Shown here in pieces: positions 24,866-35,908 of a stretch of DNA of 47,891 bases. The position numbers and the translations under genes are program-made. The notes below the pieces were generated by a model. That model made no database searches and was not told where the DNA came from. It saw only the letters and a program-made list of their open reading frames with translations. This stretch comes from Sphaeroforma arctica JP610 (Eukaryota), in contig NW_014040294.1 of the NCBI RefSeq assembly GCF_001186125.1, positions 1,693 through 49,583 on the forward strand, in the 5' to 3' direction. Position 1 is the stretch's first letter, and each line of letters begins with the position of its first letter.

Positions 24866-27569
24866 ATGGGTATTTATATTCAGTTCCCTCCGAGTCCGTT
24901 CGCATACATTTCAAGTTCTCCGTTGAAACATACTTCCCCGACCATGTCCAATCCCCGCCAAAGTCGTAGACAACAACACCTGGACCCTGAGCGTCGCAAA
25001 GAAAATGATATTGACCGACGTGGGACTAAGCATCGTCAATCTAATCCGGACCGCTCTGATCCACACCCAGGACAAGCTCTGAGGGGGCAACAACAGGCAC
25101 GTCTAGAGGTTCTACACCCTGTTTCCGCTGACGACAAGCAGTCACCGCCGACACACGAAGATGAACCTGTCCATTCAGGAGACGACGTTGTCTTCGAGGG
25201 TGAGACCAAGGGAGTTCCCGACCTGCGTGCGGACCGGAGTCCGACCACTACTGGTGAACCTGTAGCCAGTAATGGTCTGTCCCCCCGTTCGTCTTCGGGT
25301 ACTTCAGGGGCCTTATCCTCCAGTAATGACCAACCACGCCTTCTACCTAACAAACGTAGACGCTACCGTCGTCGCACCAACAACAAGGACACTGAGAGAC
25401 TACAGATCTCAAGCAAGCTTCAATAGCAAGAAAACTCTTTTTCTTGAATGAAATCACAAGAGTTGCGTCACTCCGAAAAGCGGATCAAATTATTAACCAC
25501 ATCATGTCAATAATACATTAGTTCCTATGAGAGTATTGCTCCGAAAGCCGATACCTAGGAGAGAATTTCTCTGAAAGCCAAGCAACATTAATTGATCGGC
25601 GTAAGAGCGAGTAGCAGAGATTATGCTATAGAACAATATCTAAGTGTTAAAGTGTTCTGCAAAAGGTTTCTCATACTGACCATATGAGTTTTCACCCTGG
25701 CCAACCCAAGCGGTTGAACACTAGCACAAACACCTTGAGTATAAAACCAAAGGTGAGGTTGTAAATAAAGATATACTATTACGCTTTATTCAAATACTAC
25801 CATCTTACACTCTAACAGACACGGTACGGGACCAATCGCCCGCTCAGAAACTTACTGAGCTAATGGCTAAACAGCAGTCACTCTTAGAAAAGTATGAACA
25901 GAGGTTGCAGCGTACAACTACCGGGCGGCCTACAATTGAGTTGGCTGCCACCGAGAATGCTACTGGCACACACGAACGGGTGCATACATCGCTAGGAAGT
26001 AAGTACAGCCCTGTTTTCCGTATACAAGGTCGTACACGTCCGCACCATAGACTCGGGTACGAATCACCCGGGTCAAAGGACCGATCGACCGAGGGGGAGG
26101 AGACTCTGTCTTCTATTGAGGACACACCATCTTTCCAGGAGTTCGCACGCGAACAGGTATTAGCCAAGCAGAACCCCCACGGGAGTGAGGCATTGAAGAA
26201 CATGCAGGATCGGCTAAGTGCGAACTTTCGCCAACAAAGGAAGCAGCCAGGGAGTATGTACAGACACCCAAGCGGCAGGAGAAGGACACACCTGTACCTC
26301 CACCCACACCGGCTAGTATTGAGAAAAGCCGACAAGCACTACATGCACGGATACTACATTTGAGCGACGAACTATGCCAGGCAATCGAGGATAATAATAC
26401 GGCCCGAGCTGAAGCTCTTAGGGGTGCTATCGAAACTTTTCGAGCTACGCTAGAGTCCCGTCCAGTGGAAAAGCGTCCCGTACCATCACCACGTACAACC
26501 CCACCTACACGATATCATGGAACGGGATACGAGAGGGGCTCTCCTTGAGGCGTTTAAGAACGCGCAAATCGCAGGGTTAGATGAGAGTTGGAGCCTTACA
26601 TGGTTCCATAAAGTATTATCTTACTTCAAGGTGGAGAAGTCAACATTAGACTACATCCGCGACAACTCTGAACGTTTGAAGGTGTGGACGCCACAGCTAT
26701 AAATCGAACAGATCTGCTCGCATGAGACACAGGCCACTGTCGATCCCGCGCTTCGCAAGTTAGCCAAGGGCCACAGTCGGAACATGCACACCCCTATTAT
26801 GAGGCAAATGACGCAGCTCATGGAGAACCATAGGAGGGCACGTGAACGGTGCCAGACGGATACAGACTTCCAACAGAATTTATTAAACCACTGCATCGTA
26901 CAGCTGTTAGAGGAAGCTCTCAACCGCCGGACGTATGAACGTACTCTACAACTGCATCCCAAATGGCAATTGATGAAGACGCACGAGCTTCTACAGCTGT
27001 TGAGCCTCGACATTCAGGACGCACAGCAGCGTAAGACGGCGCGACTCCAGAACCGTAATAATCGCGAGGGTCTACCGAACAATGGGGACGAGACTACCAA
27101 TAGCCGCCCTAACCCGCAGACGGTTCGACGACAGTCGCAGAACTGGACTCAACGTCTCCAACCGTCACTACCTACGACTTGTGCTGGATGTCAGGCACAA
27201 GCACCACCAGGTTCACGACATATTCCGCGATGTCATCATTTCCGGGCGTCGCAACCAGGGGGTACGAATGGTCGAGCAAGGCCATACGACAACAACCGCA
27301 CATCGAGAGACGTACAATCGGCACACAGACCGACCACAGCATCAACCTCAGGACAGGGGCAGAACACTACCCAGAGTAGAGATTCGATAACTACGCGTCC
27401 GACTCCTCAAGTACAGGTGAATGCGATTACACAGGACGACGGCCTGGTATCACCCTCGGAAGCTACAGAGGTACACATCAACACGATAATTACGGAAGAC
27501 TTCGAGCAGATGACACCGGAGCCAGACCACGCCCACGGGGCATTGGAGTCCGTAGCCGATCGCGCTTGA
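24866..27569 (+). pseudogene. gag-like region of the plus-strand Gypsy element, fragmented
   Basis: ORF pieces 24866-25426, 25863-26363, 26517-26702 and 26784-27569 lie upstream of the protease. The last piece has a Cys/His motif (CAGC...HIPRC) and is in frame with pol. Confidence 0.6.
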
Positions 27570-27572
27570 GAT

Positions 27573-30500
27573 ATGAGGGTGTCTGAGTCGGATATGAGCT
27601 TCACATTTGTTAACACTATTAGAGCAGTGATGGCGATACAGGACCCATTGCTTTCTTCTGATAATCGAGTTTGTATTCAAGTGCAGGTCAACGGACGTAT
27701 GTTCAAAGCCTTGATAGACACGGGAGCAAACAGAAGTTGTATCTCACAGACATCCGCAGACCTCCTCGGCCGCTCAATAACTCCAGCACCACCTGGGTCA
27801 TTCATCTATTTAGCTGACAAGGCGGTTCGAACCCCTCAACTGGGGACGACGGAAGTGGTACCCATTAGGTATGGAACCAATATTATCGTCGGGTCACTGG
27901 AATTGATGAATTTACCTGCAGGTATAGATATCATAGTGGGGCAAGATATGTTGACAGGATTGGGTCTATACATAGGCGGTATCCAATCGCCACTTGCACC
28001 AATAGACCCCACGGAGCTAGATGAGCTTCTCGAACCCATCCCACGCCGACAAGCACCGAACACGACGGAACCCGCCGATGTACGCCAACGATTGGCACAG
28101 GATTTAGAGGCAAATGCGATGATTGCTGACAACGCACGATGTCGGCTGGAAGGGAGTGAAGTTACCATTCCAATAACCCGTGAACAGGCGATGCATATGC
28201 GCAGATCGACGCGTAACTTTGTAGCCGACCGATGGCTACCCTACGTGGATAAACAAGTGAAGAAGTGGTTGACGGATTCGGTGATTACAAAACGGACGAC
28301 ACCGACAACCGTTAACCTCCCTCTCCTTGCAGTCCCGACGTTCGATGCGGAAGGAAACGTAAAGAAGGTACGCGTGTGTTTAGATATGCGCACCGTTAAC
28401 GTGCTTATCCCTGGTGACCAGTTTTTGATCCCCAAGGACAATGAACTTATCTCTCGCCTCAAGAGTAGGAAGTACTACACTATGCTGGACATACCTGCTG
28501 CATACCACAGGCTGCCGATCCATCCAGATTCACAAAACTTATTTAGTTTTACGCACGAGCGTTATCAGTACTCGTTTACATCGGCACCGTTCGGACTCCA
28601 TGTGCTCGCGCAACAGTTCCAACGCACCTTGAGCACGATACTTGACGGCTTACCGGTCCACCACTATATCGACGACATAGTTATCGCTAGCGACGACTAT
28701 GACGAACACATTAGGACGGTGCAGAAGGTGATTCAACGCTTAACATACCACAGTTTTAAGCTTAACCCCGCCAAGTGCCACTTCGCTATTCCCGAAGTGA
28801 TGATCCTAGGGAAGAAAGTGTCGGCACAAGGCATGGATATTGACCATGAGAAGCAGGCCAAGCTTATCGACTGGCCTACCCCTCTACGGTACAAAGATAT
28901 AGCCTCCGCATTGGGTTTGGCAAATTATCTTTACGAGCACCTCCCCTACTTCGCGAATACGGTCGCACCTGTGCGCGAATTTTGCAAACTCAAACCGAAG
29001 GAGTTGATCGGCGATCGATGGGAGGAGAGACATGCACAGGCGTGGCAGGCGATGAAGGACGCAGTTGTTAATGCAGTAGCGTTGCACTTTCCGGTCGACA
29101 GTATACCATTGAACTTGGAAACCGACGCTAGCGATTACGGTTTGGGGGAAGCGCTATTCCAATGGGTCGACGGGAAGAAACACTATTTAATGTTCTTTAC
29201 CAAGACTCTGAACCATGCGCAACAGAACTACGCTACACCAATGAAGGAGTTACTAGCTTTGGTGTATGGGCTTGCACTTTTTAGGGAGCATTTGGATGGG
29301 CAACAGTTTGCAGTCTTTACCGACCACAAGGCCCTGGTGTATATGAATACACAGCTCAAGCTTAATCCGATGCTCCAGAGATGGCACCATATTATAGCAC
29401 CGTTCAACCTTACCATATCGCATATACCAGGAGAGACGAACGTGCTTTCGGACATGTTGAGCAGAGTACACAAGGGGACAGCGGAGCAGGACGAACCTGA
29501 AATACTGTACACAGACTGTTGGCAGTTATTCCCTAGTTACTTTGAATAAGCGCAACAACACTTCGGTCCGAATGATATAGATGTATTTGCGGTCCCAACT
29601 AACGCTCAGCTTCCTCGATTTTGGACTAAAGACGATGGGGAAGGGGCGTTTGCCCACGACTGGTCGACAGTCGATGGATGGATGAACTCACCTTGGGAGC
29701 AGATACATAGAATGTTGCGCAAGATACGAAATGATGGGGCGCGGGCAACTGTTTGTCTACCATGGGTACCAAGGGCACCATGGTTTGACCTGTTCAAACA
29801 GTTGTTTCAGTCAGAGCCAGTGATGGTCCCACGAACGCCACACACGTTCCTCAAGTACGCTAAGTATGCCTGTGGTAAGACGCCATGGGGACACACAGTG
29901 ATTGCACGAGTGGGACCCCCTTACGGGTTCAAACTGGACCCGCTGTTTTCACAGCGACTTGGGTATGCAGAACCAAAACACACAGCGTACGTAGTGTGTT
30001 TAGATACCGTGCGAGAGATCTCGGTGGCAATGGCGGATGCAGAAGGTCAACCGGCATTTGAGCGGGCGACGCCAGAAGAACAACAACGCCGTACGCGACT
30101 CATACAAGCGCACCACGAACAAGGACATCATGGTGCGGCTTATACAGTTCAACAACTCCGTCAGAACGGTCATGTGTGGCCGGGCGCACTTGAGTTAGCG
30201 ACGGAAGTCAAACGGCAGTGCGCTACATGTTTGGGACATGATACGCTTCGTAAAATTTCCACCCGATGATTAGCATTGACGCGCGCTACCCGGGGGACCA
30301 TATTCAAATCGACTATATCCCGATGCCACTTGAGTCCAGACGAAAGAACAATTATATACTTCACGTCCTGGACATTGCTACAGGCTACTCAATCCTTCGA
30401 GCGACACCGGACAAGACGAAGGAGACGACGGCACAGACACTAATATAAGTTTTTGGCGAGCATGGTTTTCCACGTATGATTCAGATGGACACGGGGAATG

Positions 30501-31380
30501 AATTCTCTAACAAGATAGTGGAGCTACTGGTCCAAGAAGTGGGTATGCTACACAGGGTGTAACCGCCATATCGACCCCAAGTACTGGGTGCTGCTGAACA
30601 CCGTCATAAAGAGACTACACGTTCCATTCGACAATGCTGTGAGGCAGTTCCTCTACGATGGGACGAACGCCTTTCGTTTACGATGCTCTATCAGAACCTT
30701 CGGATATCCCGACGTCACAAGAGCGCGCCGTTCAGTGTATATTTTGGTCGCCGTCATGTACCATTTGCGGACTCGACTTCACTGATGACTTACCGGATAC
30801 CCAACCGATGACGAACGACCCCTAGGCACAACGGTTAGACCAGTTGCAGGATACCGTACTGCTAACTATCCACCACATTACCAAGAAGTATACAGGAAAA
30901 TTTACGAAGACATTTGACCGCCTGCACGCTCATGACTTGGTCCATTTCGACGACGGCGATGTGGTTATGGTACGATCGGAGGGTAGAACAACTAAGGCAA
31001 TGCGGCCACTGTTTGGGCCGTATGTGGTGAAGGCCAGGATAGGACAACGATACGAGTTAGCGAATAAAGACGGATCCGCCCCTCCAGAATTCAATCACAA
31101 ACCGGTACGGGTGGAACTCCTACGGCTAGTGCATAGGCGCACAGACCCACCACTTAACGACGAATTGTGGACAGAAGGAGGTGTTGAGTTTCGCCACATT
31201 ATTACACACCTTACGAATGATGAAACAGGGAAATTGGAATACTTGGTGCGATGGCGTGAAGGCGATCCAACGTGGGAAACATCGGAGGCTTTTGATGATG
31301 CCAACGATATCGCGGCCTACCACAAAGCCTCGCAGACACGGACACGTAAACGCCAACGTGCCCAAATCCAAAATAAATAA
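27573..31380 (+). pseudogene. pol polyprotein (protease, RT, RNase H, Dam-like MTase, integrase, chromodomain) with stops and frameshifts
   Basis: The 658-aa ORF 27573-29549 contains ALIDTGANRS, VRVCLDMR, APFGL, YIDDIVI and LETDASDYG. It continues in frame after the TAA into the MTase and HHEQGHHG...CATC. Integrase core: QIDYIP/HVLDIATG/QMDTGNEF. GPY motif, then chromodomain EYLVRWREGDPTWE (about 31180-31325). Confidence 0.92.
29510..29915 (+). other. Dam-like (DIRS/phage-type) N6-adenine DNA methyltransferase domain within pol
   Basis: DCWQLFPSYFE*AQQHFGPNDIDVFAVPTNAQLPRF...AFAHDW...WMNSPW...ATVCLPWVPRAPWF...GKTPWGHTVIAR. This shows D-x-F-A..N, (D)AF..W, an NPPW-like motif (29685-29696) and P.W....WF. 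Confidence 0.85.
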
Positions 31381-31547
31381 ATTTATCTTCAGATATACCT
31401 ACTCGGTAGGACGGTGCGCTCGAACCGTGATCGTCATGCCCTCTAGCTCTCAGAGGTTAAATGCCAGCAACTAAGTTACTTGGGTATTCCTCACTATCTC
31501 TAAACCTGGCACACTGCTTTTCGGTCAGTGCTTCAGTTTGGGGGGGT

Positions 31548-31776
31548 TGTGGTCAGAATACAAGTACTTAGGTTTTAGTTGTTTATTTTAGTTATTATAG
31601 CTTTTACAGTTTATCATAATAATCTGATAAACTTGGTTTTTGCTGTCTATTACAGCACATGACTTATGACTCACTTTTAGAGTCACTAATGTTACAATTA
31701 CTAATAAATGAACAACGTCTCCCTCTCTACGGAAGGAGAACGTTGAGATACAGTTATCTAGCGTACACTTACTACA
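31548..31776 (+). repeat. 3' LTR of the plus-strand Gypsy element
   Basis: Follows the PPT GGGGGGG, ends in ACTACA, and is followed by the TSD TTGT. Confidence 0.95.
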
Positions 31777-31780
31777 TTGT

Positions 31781-33700
31781 AAAACATCTAGCGACCACTT
31801 GCCGAGGGCCTTCACTTCGTCGATTGGGGCTCCGTACTGCCTAAATAAATACATATAATAAATGTGTACAATGATCAGGCAGTAGCTTTTTATTTCAGCG
31901 CAGACCTATAAGAAAACAGTACTTACTTTGCTATACGGGCTAGTCCTCAACAGACATGTGTACTCTTGTTGCCTAGTAATCAGGCAATGTCGACTTCCTG
32001 CAGGGCCTCCTTCACCATAGTCTGATGTTTACTCGCGCTCATTGCCTATTTATATATGTGTGAGGTACTCTGTGAATAATATTTCAAAACTCAAGTGAAC
32101 CGCAATATATATTTTAAATACAACGCACCTGCATGCAAGTCTATCACACCTTCATGTAATTGCGATCGTTTGCTCTATCACCAGGTACTGAAAATTCCTT
32201 TCCCAAGTCTCCGTATTAGGATTAATGGTGCATCCATTGATCTCAAACCTTTCTAACAGAAGCATGGACAAGGATGTCCAAGCGCATATGAATACATCTT
32301 GATCGCGATAGCAATTAACTAATTCTACGACGCTGTTCTGAAAGACGCCAAAACAAAAATTATATTTATATAACAAATTGGAACAAGCTAGTAAGAATCC
32401 ACACTCTTCAACTTGTAGCTGATGGGATACACAGATTACAGCAGTCTTACCCCATTGGCATTTCCTTGATTGTAAACGGCCGCAAGACAGTCGATATCCT
32501 GTACAAGGCCAACATTTTCCACGGGATAGAAACTTGTGCGCCGCACAATGCATCCACATATTCCTTACTGCAATGCATGTTGCATGTAATAGCAATATTT
32601 ACTAAAATGGCATATGCTTGATTAATACTATGATAGCAACGGTAATCGTTAATTAAAAATAAGCCGGAACCTATAAGTACAGCCATTATCTGATTGATTA
32701 TATATTTGAATAAAAATTATTTAGCATTCAGTGGACAACTAGTCTGTGTTGTTTCATATCGTATAGACTTAACAATTTGTCGAATCCTCTGCTAGTGTCG
32801 GTGCCCATCATTCGGACAGCGGTTTACTTCTGATATCCAGTTCAGAACGAGTTTGCCCCCGCAATTTCGAGTGCACTGCCTGTTACGCCTGCTATCCTTG
32901 CAAAATCATGCAAACTCCAAAGTACGTTACGTAGCGACGGAAACATATATATGTGTTTCTCTCCTGGAATGATAGGTATAAAAAGAGTGCTGATATTTCA
33001 ACTATTAAATTACAAAGGTACATCTGTGAGCATAATTTTGAGCATGGGATCGGCATACAGATTTACCTTTTTTCATGTAGCCTTGTAGTAAAGTCCCCTT
33101 AAACCTCTATCAGTGTGGAGTTAGAATTAGTTTATAATTAATTCACACGAGGTGAAATATTTATAGACCACGTAGACAATCAAATATAAGAATAAATACA
33201 CCGCACTGAGCCTCAGGGAGACTGAGTAGGTTTTAGTATCGTATTTTGATGTGTTTACTACAGCCTCGGTCGGCAACAAACCTTAAATACTTTTCGACTA
33301 ATGTAACGCTGACATCCTCGCGGTTGGGTCTGTATACTGGGCAGATAGTTGTACCTTCAGTGCGGAGCCACATTCAATATTCTTCTTGACCTCTGGCGTG
33401 TTTAGCTTCTGTCTCCTTACTGTTACGCTCCATAGACCTCTGAGCTAGCGGTTGATAAGTTCCTTCCGTGTTAAATGGCTCTCGGCGTACCGCCGTTGTC
33501 GCTTTTTAGGTTTAGTCTTACTTTTGGATGCTTTGGGCCGTGTCCTCTTCTTCCTTCCCTTCGTCACACTTGCACTCGCTTGATTCTCCCCCTCATCTTC
33601 TGATTCACTTGTAGTGAGCTGTTAGTGGGGTCATATTCACCTTCCAATTCGAATTCACTACCTGAGCTATCGCCACCTTCCCCTGCGACATAGTTATCTA
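31781..33700 (-). pseudogene. Crypton-like (Ndc10/CryptonF-type) tyrosine recombinase relic, 5' portion
   Basis: ISTVLRPFTIKEM (first Arg region), CYRDQDVFICAWTSLSMLLLERF, KEALQEVDIA*LLGNKSTHVC*GLA (HxxR with the Arg codon now TGA), intron 31841-31926, QYGAPIDEVKALGKWSLDVLQ. The upstream boundary is approximate. Confidence 0.7.
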
Positions 33701-35908
33701 CTTTTAACTTGCACTAAGCCTGGCTAAGTACACATTGTAAAGAGGAATTGAATATATACATATTCAAAATTAGTGTACGAGCGGTAATGAGCTCAAGTGC
33801 TGATTGGTCGATCGATTCATGGTTCCATAAAGGGAGGGACAAAACCCCCCGGTCTTCTAGTGAACTATTGTATAGGCTCAGAGAAATTCTTCTTTGTCCT
33901 TAAACCGTATTCGCCACCTTTATAACATACACAGGTAAACGACTTGTGTATGCAGATGGAAATTGTCCTTTCACCCAGATTGCTGACTAATTTCTGAAAA
34001 AAATCCAGGGACAAAAAATTCTCAGAAATTGGCAATCGCCCTTTTGTCTTCAGCTATATATAAGAACCAACTAAATCACTATTTTAATTCAAATCCGTAT
34101 TGTCAGATAGAAATTTAATTTATTTATCCCAGATATAGATAATTTCATTGCTCATCTCTTCTTCATAAGCGTTTCAACCTTACTAATTACTTTTCCGAAA
34201 GACCTTCCGTAAGTTTTGTACAAGAGAATTCACTTTATATTTTCAATAATTCTGTTGTCTTGTACTTTTCATCAATTTCTTACCCTTCCACAAACAATTC
34301 CAGTTCCTCTTTACTATAAAATTGCTAATCGATGTACCAATTTTCGTCAATCTTCTTTTACTGGTATGGATAATGTAAATCCATCCGACTACAATTAGGT
34401 CTAAAATTGTATTTCTCATATATTTCATCTTATAAATTCTCAACCTTTATAGTTTCAAACTGTCTCCGAACCAAATATTTCTCAACATACTATTCTTTCA
34501 TACATTCTTCAATATACGAAATAACTTCCAACATAAGAATCGTCAATCCCTTTACCCGGTTGCTTCCATTTCATAAGAATAGATACAGACAGTCCATCAC
34601 CATAAAAAAAATTAAGGACAAAGTCGTGACGTAATCCAAATTACGTACAACAAAACCTTTTAATTCAATTGTTCAAATAACAAGTTCTAAACCCTGCTAG
34701 CACTGATAAGTGCTACACCAGAGTTGTCCACACTTATACTAATCATGTAATTAATTTCACACATAAGTCTTGCCTAAACTTACATCCTTTCTGCCCCCTA
34801 AGGCCCATGCGGTGTGGTCCGTTATTCTACACTGTCGGACTGTTCATCCTATCGTTATGAACAGTCTTTTACATCTTCTTTACCAGTAAGAATGTCACTG
34901 CATTTGAGTTGATGCACTTATATCTTTCTTAGGTTCACGCTATCTAATCGTGACCTTCTTAAGGTCAATTCCCACTATGTTCAAGTATAACCTGCACCTA
35001 TCAGGACTCTAACGTCTGTTCATTCATGTACCCGTTTTATGTTCTACTTATCTGAGTTTGCTACATACTTCCTTATCTAAAATATCAATAGTAGTAGCAA
35101 ATTGTTTTACTCCAATCTCCATTAATAGACTTCTACTCCAGAAGTAAGGATTGCTCATTCATACCCTGAAACTGTCCTGCACACAACATTTCACTAGAAA
35201 CTGTTTAATATAAGTGTCGACAGTTCAATTCTGAGCAACCATGTCATAATTATGTAACGAAGTTTACGTTTTCTTATTGCGTATTTGGATGATTTATATT
35301 GAGAAATCCTTAATCATGTTTTACACCCAATATACGACATTTCCTTATCCTAATCTTGACAGTTTTCAAAACTTAAATACATTTTTTTTCGCTGCGTAAT
35401 TATTTTCTAAGATTTAGATTTCTTTCTTATTAAGTACTGGTTCTTAGTAATTAAATCCTTACGCATAGTCTTTATTTCTTGATTATGATTTTTTCCGATT
35501 GATATAAATTTTCTTATTTATTTTCCAAAATTATGTACAAAATCCTTCATATTTCTTAAATCCCAGTCATGTGCCAGTGCTAGCAAGCTACAAGTAACAG
35601 CTAATAGTGAGCTTTGCTATGGTCAGTAACATTTGGGAAATGGTGCCGCACATGCTTTAGGGTAATAATAAAAGGTTTAGACCAATCACTGTAAACTGTT
35701 CACCTGATAAGTATTTGTACTGTAATATGTAATTATGTTATATGTAGATTGTAGTATTGGATTATGAATATCGAGTTATCAACTTATAACTCTCTTGTAT
35801 AATTGAGGGTGATGTGCTCACTGCTCACAAGCTACAGACCTGCAGGCTCTAGCCTACAGTTTAACAGTTAGTGCAGTAATAATCAATATGGTTACACAAT
35901 ATTGAAAA

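Larger units (their letters stand above)
22701..31776 (+). mobile_element. Ty3/Gypsy (chromovirus-like) LTR retrotransposon with both LTRs, degenerate; pol order PR-RT-RH-MTase-IN-chromo
   Basis: Direct LTRs 22701-22930 and 31548-31776 (TG...CA), 4-bp TSD TTGT (22697-22700 and 31777-31780), G-rich PPT at 31540-31546. Internal motifs: protease LIDTGA, RT YIDD, RNase H TDAS/ELLA/TDHK, integrase HHCC and DDE-like core, chromodomain. Confidence 0.95.

Noticed and set aside
13595..31776. Classifying the MTase-bearing elements as DIRS retrotransposons
   Set aside because: They have a protease, DDE integrase, direct LTRs and a PPT, and one has a TSD. The nearby tyrosine recombinase lies outside the LTRs, on the opposite strand to the element that interrupts it.
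34695..35585. 11-bp inverted pair TGCTAGCACTG / CAGTGCTAGCA as hAT TIRs
   Set aside because: They face outward and do not bracket the transposase. No matching end or 8-bp TSD was found on the other side.
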